Positions 1 to 13,730 of a DNA stretch of 64,000 nucleotides are shown here, one piece after another. The stretch covers positions 1 to 64,000 of the forward strand of contig NW_026853701.1 of NCBI RefSeq assembly GCF_026571515.1, written 5' to 3'. The notes beneath the pieces were generated by a model. It was given only the letters and a program-made list of their open reading frames with translations. It had not been told where the DNA came from and did not search any database. This DNA is from Ruditapes philippinarum. Taxonomy: Eukaryota. Within the stretch, counting starts at the first letter, position 1; the number at the start of each line of letters is the position of its first letter. The position numbers and the translations under genes were made by a program.

Positions 1-129
1 AAACACAGACGGTGAAATCAATAATGTTTGATAACATTGATATTCTGCTGACCACATTCGTTTTCCTTGCAACAGTCAGTGATTTAAAATGAACTATATA
101 AATGTTGATAGCAAGTTCAAGATTTGTTG

Positions 130-202
130 TTTTTGTGTCGCCTCTACGGAGAAGTGGCGACATATACGGACCATTCTCCGCCGCCTGTCTGTCCGTTCGT
201 CC
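130..202 (+). mobile_element. 5' end fragment of a Helentron-associated non-autonomous element (HINE/DINE-1/pearl-like)
   Basis: T-run, palindrome TGTCGCC..GGCGACA, then a GTCC/GTCT microsatellite; same layout as the complete element at 41171. Confidence 0.55.
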
Positions 203-300
203 ATCATATCTCCAGTATGAATTCTCATCTCTTTTAGTATAAAGTTACATCTAGCTTTTATGTCCTGGCTTAATGTCTTCTGTTGTTCATGCCTTTTGCA
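203..300 (-). pseudogene. 98-bp orphan fragment of the array transposase (CKRHEQQKTLSQDIKARCNFILKEMRIHTGDM)
   Basis: Near-identical to 6782-6878, 9413-9508 and 13101-13197. Confidence 0.85.
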
Positions 301-3300
301 TTTTCCCAACCATCTGTGTATGACTAATTTACTCCACTGGTCATTCCGACAGATCAGGCTGTTCCATGTGATTATTTTGGGGAGAGATAGCATTATAAAT
401 TTCATATGCAGAATGTGTCTAGAAGGACATTGCAATCTTTTTTGTACAAAAATTTGTAATGATCTTTAAAATCTATATATCTATTAGCTATTTGATATTT
501 TCTTTTATGCTCAAAGAATAAAAGTTAAAATGATGAGTAGATTAACCCTGCTTTACATAATGAAAGACCTGTCCAGTAACTGTTGTAAATTTTGAATTCT
601 AAGATATCTGGGTCAGCTAAGAGTGAAAATTACAGAGGATGTACATGTACTTGATATTTTATCAGTTTTGGATATATTGTTTTGTGAAAGATTTAACAAT
701 AAAGATTTTAAAGTATTTAAGTATTGGTATGATAACAATCAAAATCACCTGGGACAAGGAGATATACAACAGAATCAGGTATTTGTAACAAGAGATCAAG
801 GTTGTTTTTATATTTTCAACTTCATGCATTTGTTTTTCTGATAATTGTTTTTAATCTATACATGTATTATCTGTAAAATATAAATTATTCAATGATTTCT
901 TTTTAATGATTGTGTATATTGTTTAAATGACATGTTAGTAGATCTTTTTCATTTCCTGCAAATTAAACAAATTAAATCAATTTGATTAAATAGGACTAAA
1001 TGGTACAATCAGTAGTTTTGTACAGCTGAACAGGGTCATCATAAACATTTGTTATTTTACATGTATGTGTTTTCAATGGAACCACCCTATTGTAAATAGA
1101 TTGTACCCTATATAAGAATGAATAAAAATTAAGAAGATATATTATTTATTTACATACAGACCAGCTGTTTATTATTTACAAGGGATAAAAATATAGATAA
1201 GAGGTGAAAAATGGAGTCTTTATATGACATTGTAGGTATCATGTAGCCACAACCCAATTTTGATTGATCATGTACCAGGGACAATAAAAATAAGTGATAG
1301 TGTACAGTCAGTATTTAAGAAATATGAAATAAAATGTATTAAAAATGTAAATAAATAAATATAGTTATATCACCGTTTAACGTCATCTTTTTAGGACCAC
1401 TTTTAAAATTTAATTATATATAATAAAAGAAACAATAGATTATTTACAATAAAAAAGTGTCTGACCTGTACACTATAACAACTTTTAAAAAATTTATACT
1501 TAATGGAGCTGTTAATGATTGTCACAAGAAGAAAACAAAACAAAAACAATAAAGTAATGTTGGCAACACCCATTGACAGGTAATTGGAAAATTTGTACAG
1601 CTGCTATATGAATGTACTATAAATGTGCTAAATGATATTTAAGTGAAATATAACAATACAAGTTAAAATTTGACATGGAGGAGATGCGCACCCAAGGAAG
1701 GAAGGCGACCATAATTAAGTTACTATAGAAAATTTCCACTTAAAATAAAACCACTAAAGTAGGTATTATATTAGTGCCATATATATAGAAAACAGTGAGA
1801 ATTCTAATTAAACAGCCTGGGAACGAGGTTTTCCCTGAGGTACGGCCTGTCCACACGCTCAGGTCAACCTGCCCCAAACCTGTCTTTATCAAAAATTTAT
1901 TTAAACATTACATTTATCATTTAGATTATAATTTGGCACCCGGTTGGTAAAAAGTTTAAACAGATTTCAGTATTTTCTTGTAAAGTGTTAATTTCCCCTC
2001 TGACAGATTATATTTTTATGTTTTATGTATAGAATTTCCTTTATAATGATAATTTAAGGACATTTTGCCATTTATTCACCTTAGAAATCAATTGTAATAC
2101 ATTCCATATGTTTCTTAATAATTGTATTGAGTATGTTTATAGAGTAGAACCAATAATAACACAAACATTTAAGTGGTGGGAGGACAACTCCTACTTATAC
2201 CAGAAATTTTCCTTTTATAACTATAAATCTTATTTTTTCCCTATTATATTATCAAACATTGTTTTTCACTGAATAAAATTACATATATATGTTCAAGATA
2301 GATCATATTATAACCATTTGATCTTTTTATGGCTATTTTTAATTATATCAAACAGCAAATTGAAAAAAATAGACATCATTAGTCCAAATTTGAGTTGCTT
2401 CCCTTGTGCTATGTATAGCTATTATCTGAAGTTTAGTAATTTAAATATTAAGTTTACATGTCATAGGTAATTGGCCATATCTTTTTTAATTTTCAATGAA
2501 TTTTGATGGGATTTTCTTTATTATCTCACTAAAAGATTGCTCTTAATTATTATAGTGATGTGGCATTTGTAAACAAAGAACTTTTTCTTTTGGGGGAGTT
2601 TAAGTTGGTGTATTTTTTCTTGTTTATTGTTAAATTAACTATTTGCCACATATTTGATATACTGTATAGGGAAATAACTACAACTTTTTTAATAAACCAC
2701 AAAAATTAATGAGAATTCTTTTATTTAGACCCTTTAATGGTGCTAGTTAATTATTATTAATTAATAGTATGGGTATTTCAATTGTATTTGGGTTTTATTT
2801 ATGGTTTTACTGAGCCATATTATGTCAATAAAAAAAAAAATTCACTGATTTTCATAAATATCTGTATTATGATTTGTTTACTATCATAAATGCAAATTAA
2901 GCATTTTTGGCTGAACTAGTTATTAATCTTATTTGTATTTAATGATTTGAGTTATCAATCAGCCATTAGTGAAAATTGGACAATTATTTGCTATATTTGA
3001 TATTGTCAAAACTATAAATCCAGATAAAGGAACCGGTATCAGGGGACTGAGTATACAAACTGGGTTCCATTAACACCTATTGATGAATAAAAATAAGATA
3101 AACAAATAGTGCAGTCTCTATATTGATTTAAGAGGGGAAGAAAAGTAGGATTTTACATTAAAGACCAGTCATGACTTCATATATTGATATGACTGCTGGG
3201 ATCAAGGTCACAGTTGTATTTAGACAAATAAATTAACACTAAAGCCCCATCACTAATATACTTAACAAATTAACAAATTTCATCGTTTTAAGGTAGCCAT

Positions 3301-3886
3301 CAAAAGTCACTTTTTAAGTAGCATCTAAGTGTTTTTCTTAAAATTTCTTGCAAGAAAATTTTATGTTTTCATTTTTTTATTGAATTATTTTTCGGCTCAG
3401 GTTTACTGTTTCATTTTTTGATATTTGTTTTAAATTTTTTATTAAGATTTTAAAAACTTTATATTTTTTTGAATAGTGTAATCTATGGCATGTTCTTTCC
3501 TTACATATTCATAACAACTGTGATATTTTTTTTTTAATGTAATCCTTTCTTACTATGCACATACTTATTTTTTAATGTGATATAATGACTTTTTATTTAC
3601 AATACCTTACATCTTAAATTGTGATGATTTAAATGATATCCTTCATAATGTGATTTATCTTATAATTTGTGATATTTTTTCTTTCTTTTATGAAATACCT
3701 CTCTATATATATGTCATGCCACCAAATGCTAAGGACCACAATGCATGGAAATAAGAGCTTGCTCTTTTTGGTGTTATCCTTGGTTTTGGGAACATGTCAT
3801 GGTTTACATAATATAGTATTTATTCATTTATTTATTTGTAATTGTTTTAATCTATATTGTGTTTGTTTATCATGTAACATGTTTAC

Positions 3887-4392
3887 NNNNNNNNNNNNNN
3901 NNNNNNNNNNNNNNNNNNNNNNNNNNNNNNNNNNNNNNNNNNNNNNNNNNNNNNNNNNNNNNNNNNNNNNNNNNNNNNNNNNNNNNNNNNNNNNNNNNNN
4001 NNNNNNNNNNNNNNNNNNNNNNNNNNNNNNNNNNNNNNNNNNNNNNNNNNNNNNNNNNNNNNNNNNNNNNNNNNNNNNNNNNNNNNNNNNNNNNNNNNNN
4101 NNNNNNNNNNNNNNNNNNNNNNNNNNNNNNNNNNNNNNNNNNNNNNNNNNNNNNNNNNNNNNNNNNNNNNNNNNNNNNNNNNNNNNNNNNNNNNNNNNNN
4201 NNNNNNNNNNNNNNNNNNNNNNNNNNNNNNNNNNNNNNNNNNNNNNNNNNNNNNNNNNNNNNNNNNNNNNNNNNNNNNNNNNNNNNNNNNNNNNNNNNNN
4301 NNNNNNNNNNNNNNNNNNNNNNNNNNNNNNNNNNNNNNNNNNNNNNNNNNNNNNNNNNNNNNNNNNNNNNNNNNNNNNNNNNNNNNNNNNNN
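3887..4392. other. Assembly gap (N run)
   Basis: Run of N. ORFs 3669-4475, 3859-4431 and 3870-4526 are artefacts of it. Confidence 1.
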
Positions 4393-5133
4393 ACAGTTAT
4401 TTGCCTTTCGTTGACCACAATAAGGAAGTAAATCCGCATAAAAGAGTGCCTGTGTTTAATGCCAGATATAAATGAATAATTGAATGAAAGAGATAGAAAA
4501 AAAGGCCATTTCCTGACAGAATTCATTTCAAATAGTTGGTAAATGCCAAGTTTGATCCAGATTTTATGCGAGTAAGTATTTTTTTAGTGTTTTTCTACAT
4601 GACAGAACTCACATGGTTCCGGCTAATTACTGAAAACTGTCAGACTGATGTATTTTGAACTGAAATGCTGTGGAAAAATGATGAATGACCCCTAGTTTGC
4701 TATAGCTAGAATTATTTATCTTGGATGGTACTGTAAGCACAAGTGACTTTGATTTGATTGGAGAGTTAGTAAAATTGCCACAGGGTTTAATGTTTATATA
4801 GAACATATAGTGAAATTAATTGTGGTCTGAGGCCTGATTAGAAGCGTGTTTTTACATGGAGTAAATCTGTTTGACAGGTAATAACTTCATCATTTTTAGA
4901 GCAAATTTAATGAAACTTGGTCATGAAGCAGATAATTGATGTATAAATCTGAGTTTGTAATTAAATTACACAAGTGCTTTTATTTTCTTTGTATTATGTA
5001 ATTTTATATAATAATATATACATTTTTTAAAAAAATCTCAAAAAGCTACTTTCAGTTTAGAAATGTCTGTTTAAATATAGCCAGGAGGTCATTTCCTGTA
5101 CAGGTTACAGCCTCCCTTTAAATAAAAGTTAAA

Positions 5134-5496
5134 ATGGAAGCATTTTTTAAAAATTATTTAGAAAAAAATCAATGAAAAATCTGTGCTAAACAGACAGGGC
5201 TGTATGATAGGGCAGGGGTGTATAAAGAAAGGACCAGTGGGCTATGGTATTATTATTATTTCCAAGTTTCCTGATGCACAGTGGCACACCATGCATGTTC
5301 ATAAACTTCTTTACCTGGTTCACAATAAAATTCTGTATGTTGAACCAGATTTAGAGGTCTCGTACCTGTGCCACGTGCTTCTGTGTGTCGGTGCTAACCA
5401 TTTGAGCCCCATTGCATCAATACCGAAAGGCTTAAGTGTGTGAACCGGGCCATTTGCTGCAGCCATGGGGTATACCGAGACTGTTTATATGTTTGA
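5134..5496 (+). pseudogene. His-Me finger (His-Cys box/I-PpoI-like) nuclease, copy 1, frameshifted
   Basis: Reconstructed MEAFFKNYLEK/INEKSVLNRQGCMIGQGCIKKGPVGYG..HVHKLLY..EVSYLCHVLLCVGANHL/PHCINTERLKCVNRAICCSHGVYRDC. Fits the C..G..GYG..H..Y..SHLCH..CV..HL..N..R..C pattern; two frameshifts; SH changed to SY. Confidence 0.8.
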
Positions 5497-6115
5497 GGTG
5501 AGTAATCGCTTTGTTTAAGAGACATATTTAAGGTGTTGATGGCCTCGGGATAAAGGTTGGTGAGTGCTTACGTGTCCTTTCATTTATTCTGATTGCATAT
5601 TTCCTTATATTGTCCTACATTTAAAGGACTCCTATTATAATCCTACAAGTATGTTTCTGCTCCCATTCTTTTTACTTGTTAAGCAATAACAGTGTATTTC
5701 AAGTAAAATTGGTCAGTTCACAAGTGCTAGACTTTGAATAATTGCTTATAAACAGCCATAGCCCATGAAAACTTGTTGAATTTTACTTAAAGCACTCTGG
5801 CATTGCAAAGAAATGCTAAAAGCCTGTGATTTAATTAATATAACATTTATTTCACAGTGTAAAATAACAACAGAGATGATAACAATTTCAAAATATCATG
5901 CAGGTTATGTTGAATGATACAGTAATGAAATATGAAATTCGCTTTAAAAGGAATAGTCCGTCACTTTTTAAGTAAACCATTTGTTAAGTTTAATTTCAGG
6001 TCTGTACACAGACAGCACATTTGTTTAAGATAGTTGTCTCGTGCGCAAACCGAATATTTATTCCCCACTGAAGAAACACTGTTTTTGTTTATCTGTTTAT
6101 ATCAAGGGAGATAAT

Positions 6116-7308
6116 TTATAGATTTTCTGAGTAAGTATGGTTGCTGTTGCCTCCCTTGGGTGTTGATGGTGTTAGATCCAACTGACTTTTCCTGTAATAT
6201 GATATTGTAGAGTGTGTCTTCTTGTATTTCAGATGTTCATGGAGTTGTCTACCCTTTGATAAAAGTTTGTGTTTAACTGTTTCAGGTTTTTTTAATACTG
6301 TCTCTGATATGTTTCTTCTCTTTGCATTTGATGTAGGCTATAAGCTGCTTTCTCAGAGAGACGAATCCCTAAACACCCCAATTTCTTCTCAGCGCTGTCC
6401 GCAACACCGTTATTTAAGCGGTGAATGGTAGAATTGAGGCGTCCATGAATATTCCGTGCGAAATCATTATTTTTTGGTTGCGACACACTAATAGATAGAT
6501 TCACCCGCTTCACGTTTCAACGTGCTGGTGCCCAATTTCATCTGTTTGATAGCGCTCACACTTATTTTCATTTTAACTATGTCAAAATTAATTGTTTGTC
6601 ATTCTCTTGTAGGCACAAGTTTGTAATTCTATGGCTGCTGAGGAACATGGAGCGGTTCCACCAGTTGTTTGCTACTCCACCAGAACACACGTATGAGTAG
6701 CGTCTAAACTTAGAGCAGTCCCCAGCATAACAGCTCACTGTAGCATCCAGAACACGAGGTAAATATTTTTTTGATAGTATTCATATCTCCAGTATGAATT
6801 CTCATCTCTTTTAGTATAAAGTTACATCTAGCTTTTATGTCCTGGCTTAATGTCTTCTGTTGTTCATGCCTTTTGCACAATTATAACACAGGTTAGTGTC
6901 TCTGATGTATCTACAAACATAAAAAGCACTTATTCAGGTAGATAAATGTACACAAAGGGGGTGATTATGCACAACTTCAGTGAATTACCTCCCTTTATTT
7001 ATTTAGAAACTTAATGTTTTAAACTGTCAACAATTCTCATGCTCGAACAGGAATGTTTATCGTCTATTTTCATTGTAGATGAAGTCGCAGAAGCACTTTG
7101 CGGCAACAGCATTGCACTTCTTGAGAGCTCAACTACCATCTGCAGTAGACCTGGATGTCACTGGAAATTCATCTACAGTCAGTCTGTTTGCTGATAGATC
7201 TTTAGACTCAGTATCTACATGACAAGAGTGTCAAATTCAGCCTTGATTCCAGATGGTGAGTTCCTTTGCTTGTAAACCAGCTAATTTCTTCTTCGGGTCG
7301 CCTCGCAT
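6116..7308 (-). pseudogene. DDE transposase remnant (Kolobok/'Mutator-like' type), internally deleted, copy 1
   Basis: N-terminal piece plus C-terminal part CYAGDCS..WW..TSTLKREA/VNLSISVSQPKN..HRLNNG..SQLD..NHTYS. The 5' part is indel-rich in this copy. Confidence 0.65.
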
Positions 7309-7418
7309 TAATTGTACAGCAGTTGTGTATAGTATGCGTAAGTTACTTTTTGATGAAAGAGTTCAGGAGCCTGGGTCCTATTTATATCAGTAAATTGTGG
7401 AATTTCTGAATTTTTCAA

Positions 7419-7944
7419 AGGGTTTTCAGAATCACACAGAGGGACCCGATCTTTGGCATTCTAAGGTGTGATTTTAAGTACTGGGTAACATGTGTGTGGA
7501 ATGTGTGCATTGACACATTGACTGAGCAGCCACTGGGAGGTAATTATTAGCAGTGCAACACTTTTCAACAACTGGACCAAAAAAAAAAACTATTTGAAAA
7601 AATACAACAAATGCACTTTCTACTGACATAACTTTTGATATGTATGCTTATGATAATAATGAACATAATTTACAAGGTAAAATGCATGCGCTTTCAAGAA
7701 TACCGATTTGACAAATGAGAATTTACAAATAGCAAGTATATGTAATGCAGTTATAGTTTTATGTTATAATCGAAAGTTAAATGGAATATTTGTCTTAAAA
7801 CGATATTTAGAAAAAAAAATATTTATTGTAGTCTTTATAGATGATATTAAGTAAATTTGAATCACTGGATGAGATTACTTTTTTATTTCATGCAAAATCA
7901 TCCAGTAATAAAAAGTTATAGCAATTTTCAGTTTTATGGTACTT
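7419..7944. repeat. Putative LTDR copy 1 (indel-rich)
   Basis: Alignable to 10044-10521 with many small indels; followed by TTAA. Confidence 0.5.
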
Positions 7945-8745
7945 TTAATTTGTATAAGTGCGGCTGGTTCAGATGGCTGATCTGGTACCTGGTAGCATAC
8001 AGGCTGTGATTCATCGTATATGTGATAAGACTGGAAACTTTCCAGATAATATGGAGATAGCTTAGGATGATGTATGCAAATTTATTCAAGATCGATGAAC
8101 ATTTTTGACCTAAATAGGAATCAGTCCACAGCTATTTGCCTTTCGTTGACCACCATAAGGAAGTAAATCCGCATAAAAGAGTGCCTGTGTTTAATGCCAG
8201 ATATAAATGAATAATTGAATGATTGCATATTTCCTTATATTGTCCTACATTTAAAGGACTCCTATTATAATCCTACAAGTATGTTTCTGCTCCCATTCTT
8301 TTTACTTGTTAAGCAATAACAGTGTATTTCAAGTAAAATTGGTCAGTTCACAAGTGCTAGACTTTGAATAATTGCTTATAAACAGCCATAGCCCATGAAA
8401 ACTTGTGGAATTTTACTTAAAGCACTCTGGCATTGCAAAGAAATGCTAAAAGCCTGTGATTTAATTAATATAACATTTATTTCACAGTGTAAAATAACAA
8501 CAGAGATGATAACAATTTCAAAATATCATGCAGGTTATGTTGAATGATACAGTAATGAAATATGAAATTCGCTTTAAAAGGAATAGTCCGTCACTTTTTA
8601 AGTAAACCATTTGTTAAGTTTAAATTTCAGGTCTGTACACAGACAGCACATTTGTTTAAGATAGTTGTCTCGTGCGCAACCGAATATTTATTCCCCACTG
8701 AAGAAACACTGTTTTTGTTTATCTGTTTATATCAAGGGAGATAAT

Positions 8746-9936
8746 TTATAGATTTTCTGAGTAAGTATGGTTGCTGTTGCCTCCCTTGGGTGTTGATGGT
8801 GTTAGATCCAACTGACCTTTCCTGTAATATGATATTGTAGAGTGTGTCTTCTTGTATTTCAGATGTTCATGGAGTTGTCTACCCTTTGATAAAAGTTTGT
8901 GTTTAACTGTTTCAGGTTTTTTTAATACTGTCTCTGATATGTTTCTTCTCTTTGCATTTGATGTAGGCTATAAGCTGCTTTCTCAGAGAGACGAATCCCT
9001 AAACACCCCAATTTCTTCTCAGCGCTGTCCGCAACACCGTTATTTAAGCGGTGAATGGTAGAATTGAGGCGTCCATGAATATTCCGCGCGAAATCATTAT
9101 TTTTTGGTTGCGACACACTAATAGATAGATTCACCCGCTTCACGTTTCAACGTGCTGGTGCCCAATTTCATCTTTTCGATAGCGCTCACACTTATTTTCA
9201 TTTTAACTATGTCAAAATTAATTGTTTGTCATTCTCTTGTAGGCACAAGTTTGTAATTCTATGGCTGCTGAGGAACATGGAGCGGTTCCACCAGTTGTTT
9301 GCTACTCCACCAGAACAACACGTATGAGTAGCGTCTACACTTAGAGCAGTCCCCAGCATAACAGCTCATTGTAGCATCCAGAACACGAGGTAAATATTTT
9401 TTTGATAGTATTCATATCTCCAGTATGAATTCTCATCTCTTTTAGTATAAAGTTACATCTAGCTTTTATGTCCTGGCTTAATGTCTTCTGTTGTTCATGC
9501 CTTTTGCACAATTATAACACAGGTTTAGTGTCTCTGATGTATCTACAAACATAAAAAGCACTTATTCAGGTAGATAAATGTACACAAAGGGGGTGATTAT
9601 GCACAACTTCAGTGAATTACCTCCCTTTATTTATTTAGAAACTTAATGTTTTAAACTGTCAACAATTCTCATGCTCGAACAGGAATGTTTATCGTCTATT
9701 TTCATTGTAGATGAAGTCGCAGAAGCACTTGGCGGCAACAGCATTGCACTTCTTGAGAGCTCACTACCATCTGCAGTAGGCCTGGATGTCACTGGAAATT
9801 CATCTACAGTCAGTCTGATGATAGATCTCTTAGACTCAGTATCTACATGACAAGAGTTGTCAAACTTCAAGCCTTTATTCCATGGTGAGTTCCTTTGCTT
9901 GAACCCAGCTAATTTCTTCTTTCGGTCGCCTCGCAT
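8746..9936 (-). pseudogene. DDE transposase remnant, copy 2
   Basis: ORF 9643-9936 (MRGDRKKKLAGFKQRNSPWNKGLK..MRIVD) plus C-terminal fragments including ORF 8922-9143. Confidence 0.7.
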
Positions 9937-10043
9937 AATTGTACAGCAGTTGTGTATAGTATGAAGGTAAGTTACTTTTTGATAAAGAGTCAGGAGCTGG
10001 GTCCATATTTATACAGTAAATGGAATTTCTGGAATTTCTTCAA

Positions 10044-10521
10044 AGGTGGTTTTCAAGAATCACACAGAGGGACCCAGACTTTGGCATTCCTAGGTGGTGA
10101 TTTAAGTACCTGGGGTAACAGTGTGTGGAATGCTGTGCATTGGACCACATTGACTGAGCAGCCACCTGGGGAGGTAATTATTAGGCAGTGGCACTTTTCT
10201 ACTGGACATAACTTTTGAACCAGTTGGCTTATGATAATAAATGAAACATAATTTTAAAGGTAAAATGCATGCCTTTCAAGAAATAACCGATTTGACAAAT
10301 GAGAATTTACAAAAATTATGTAATGCAGTTATAGTATTATGTAATATGTCTAAATTTGGATATATTTGGTCTTAAAACGATATTTAAGAAAAAAAAAATA
10401 TTTATGTTAGTTTTAGATGCATATTTAAGTAATATTTGAATCACTGATGATATTACTTTTTATTTCATGAAAATCATCCAAGTAATAAAAAAGTTATAGC
10501 AATTTTAGTTTTAGAGTACTT
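10044..10521. repeat. Putative LTDR copy 2 (478 bp)
   Basis: TCAA|AGGTGGTTTTCAA...TTTTAGAGTACTT|TTAA. Weak terminal inverted match (7/13); begins ~107 bp upstream of the transposase ATG. Boundaries are inferred. Confidence 0.55.
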
Positions 10522-11450
10522 TTAATTTGATAAGCTGCGGCCTGGCTTCAGGGCTGAATGGTACCTATGGTACATAACAGGCTGTGAATTTATCAGTATA
10601 TGTGATTAAGACTGGAAACTTTCCAGAATAATATGAGATAGCCTAGGAATGATGTATGCAAAATTTTATTAAGATCAGATGAACATTTTTGACTAAATAG
10701 GAATCAGTCCACAGTTATTTGCCTTTCGTTGACCACAATAAGGAAGTAAATCCGCATAAAAGAGTGCCTGTGTTTAATGCCAGATATAAATGAATAATTG
10801 AATGAAAGAGATAGAAAAAAGGCCATTTCCTGACAGAATTCATTTCAAATAGTTGGTAAATGCCAATTTTGATCCAGATTTTATGCGAGTAAGTATTTTT
10901 TTAGTGTTTTTCTACATGACAGAACTCACATGGTTCCGGCTAATTACTGAAAACTGTCAGACTGATGTATTTTGAACTGAAATGCTGTGGAAAAATGATG
11001 AATGACCCCTAGTTTGCTATAGCTAGAATTATTTATCTTGGATGGTACTGTAAGCACAAGTGACTTTGATTTGATTGGAGAGTTAGTGATATTGCCACAG
11101 GGTTTAATGTTTATATAGAACATATAGTGAAATTAATTGTGGTCTGAGGCCTGATTAGAAGCTTGTTTTTACATGGAGTAAATCTGTTTGACAGGTAATA
11201 ACTTTATCATTTTTAGAGCAATTTTAATGAAACTTGGTCATGAAGCAGATAATTGATGTATAAATCTGAGTTTGTAATTAAATTACACAAGTGCTTTTAT
11301 TTTCTTTGTATTATGTAATTTTATATAATAATATATACATTTTTTTAAAAAATCTCAAAAAGCTACTTTCAGTTTAGAAATGTCTGTTTAAATATAGCCA
11401 GGAGGTCATTTCCTGTACAGGTTACAGCCTCCCTTTAAATAAAAGTTAAA

Positions 11451-11813
11451 ATGGAAGCATTTTTTAAAAATTATTTAGAAAAAAATCAATGAAAAATCTG
11501 TGCCAAACAGACAGGGCTGTATGATAGGGCAGGGGTGTATAAAGAAAGGACCAGTGGGCTATGGTATTATTATTATTTCCAAGTTTCCTGATGCACAGTG
11601 GCACACCATGCATGTTCATAAACTTCTTTACCTGGTTCACAATAAAATTCTATATGTTGAACCAGATTTAGAGGTCTCGCACCTGTGCCACGTGCCACTG
11701 TGTGTCGGTGCTAACCATTTAGCCCCATTGCATCAATACCGAAAGGCTTAAGTGTGTGAACCGGGCCATTTGCTGCAGCCATGGAGTATACCGAGACTGT
11801 TTTATTTGTTTGA
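11451..11813 (+). pseudogene. His-Me finger nuclease, unit 3 copy (retains SHLCH)
   Basis: ORF 11500-11751 contains GYG..HVHKLLY..EVSHLCHVPLCVGANHL; the Cys/His tail continues in another frame. Confidence 0.85.
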
Positions 11814-12432
11814 GGTGAGTAATCGCTTTGTTTAAGAGACATATTTAAGGTGTTGATGGCCTCGGGATAAAGGTTGGTGAGTGCTTACGTGTCCTTTCAT
11901 TTATTCTGATTGCATATTTCCTTATATTGTCCTACATTTAAAGGACTCCTATTATAATCCTACAAGTATGTTTCTGCTCCCATTTTTTTTACTTGTTAAG
12001 CAATAACAGTGTATTTCAAGTAAAATTGGTCAGTTCACAAGTGCTAGACTTTGAATAATTGCTTATAAACAGCCATAGCCCATGAAAACTTGTGGAATTT
12101 TACTTAAAGCACTCTGGCATTGCAAAGAAATGCTAAAAGCCTGTGATTTAATTAATATAACATTTATTTCACAGTGTAAAATAATAACAGAGATGATAAC
12201 AATTTCAAAATATCATGCAGGTTATGTTGAATGATACAGTAATGAAATATGAAATTCGCTTTAAAAGGAATAGTCCGTCACTTTTTAAGTAAACCATTTG
12301 TTAAGTTTAAATTTCAGGTCTGTACACAGACAGCACATTTGTTTAAGAAAGTTGTCTCGTGCGCAACCGAATATTTATTCCCCACTGAAGAAACACTGTT
12401 TTTGTTTATCTGTTTATATCAAGGGAGATAAT

Positions 12433-13623
12433 TTATAGATTTTCTGAGTAAGTATGGTTGCTGTTGCCTCCCTTGGGTGTTGATGGTGTTAGATCCAACT
12501 GACTTTTCCTGTAATATGATATTGTAGAGTGTGTCTTCTTGTATTTCAGATGTTCATGGAGTTGTCTTCCCTTTGATAAAAGTTTGTGTTTAACTGTTTC
12601 AGGTTTTTTTAATACTGTCTCTGATATGTTTCTTCTCTTTGCATTTGATGTAGGCTATAAGCTGCTTTCTCAGAGAGACAAATCCCTAAACACCCCAATT
12701 TCTTCTCAGCGCTGTCCTCAACACCGTTATTTAAGCGGTGAATGGTACAATTGAGGCGTCCATGAATATTCCGCGCGAAATCATTATTTTTTGGTTGCGA
12801 CACACTAATAGATAGATTCACCCGCTTCACGTTTCAACGTGCTGGTGCCCAATTTCATCTTTTCGATAGCGCTCACACTTATTTTCATTTTAACTATGTC
12901 AAAATTAATTGTTTGTCATTCTCTTGTAGGCACAAGTTTGTAATTCTATGGCTGCTGAGGAACATGGAGCGGTTCCACCAGTTGTTTGTTACTCCACCAG
13001 AACACACGTATGAGTAGCTTCTACACTTAGAGCAGTCCCCAGCATAACAGCTCACTGTAGCATCCAGAACACGAGGTAAATATTTTTTTTTGATAGTATT
13101 CATATCTCCAGTATGAATTCTCATCTCTTTTAGTATAAAGTTACATCTAGCCTTTATGTCCTGGCTTAATGTCTTCTGTTGTTCATGCCTTTTGCACAAT
13201 TATAACACAGGTTTAGTGTCTCTGATGTATCTACAAACATAAAAAGCACTTATTCAGGTAGATAAATGTACACAAAGGGGGTGATTATGCACAACTTCAG
13301 TGAATTACCTCCCTTTATTTATTTAGAAACTTAATGTTTAAACTGTCAACAATTCTCATGCTCGAACAGGAATTTTTATCGTCTATTTTCATTGTAGATG
13401 AAGTCGCAGAAGCACTTGGCGGCAACAGCATTGCACCTCTTGAGAGCTCACTACCATCTGCAGTAGGCCTGGATGTCACTGGAAATTCATCTACAGTCAG
13501 TCTGATGATAGATCTCTTAGACCCAGTATCTACATGACAAGAGTTGTCAAACTTCAAGCCTTTATTCCATGGTGAGTTCCTTTGCTTGAACCCAGCTAAT
13601 TTCTTCTTTCGGTCGCCTCGCAT
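12433..13623 (-). pseudogene. DDE transposase remnant, copy 3
   Basis: ORFs 13315-13623, 12894-13199 and 12609-12830 are collinear pieces; T-x-K-x-E-A-x-N..PKN motif near 12790-12845. Confidence 0.7.
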
Positions 13624-13730
13624 AATTGTACAGCAGTTGTGTATAGTATGAAGGTAAGTTACTTTTTGATAAAGAGTCAGGAGCTGGGTCCATATTTATA
13701 CAGTAAATGGAATTTCTGGAATTTCTTCAA

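Noticed and set aside
470-3886. Possible host exons in non-repetitive stretches (also 17500-19000 and 55213-58500)
   Set aside because: No recognisable protein motif or consistent exon chain. Small exons cannot be excluded without RNA data.
3669-4526. Long ORFs of 190-268 aa (also the ORFs at 32973-33261)
   Set aside because: They are open only because they cross N gaps.
7090-8165. Apparently hyper-diverged part of array unit 1
   Set aside because: Dense 1-2-bp indels in a sharply bounded tract, while the flanks are near-identical to other units. This looks like unpolished long-read gap fill, not biology.
8562-10218. Repeated short + strand ORFs (MKFALKG.., MYFRCSW.., MYSMKVS..)
   Set aside because: They recur only because the unit repeats. 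They have no motifs and lie antisense to the transposase or across non-coding parts.
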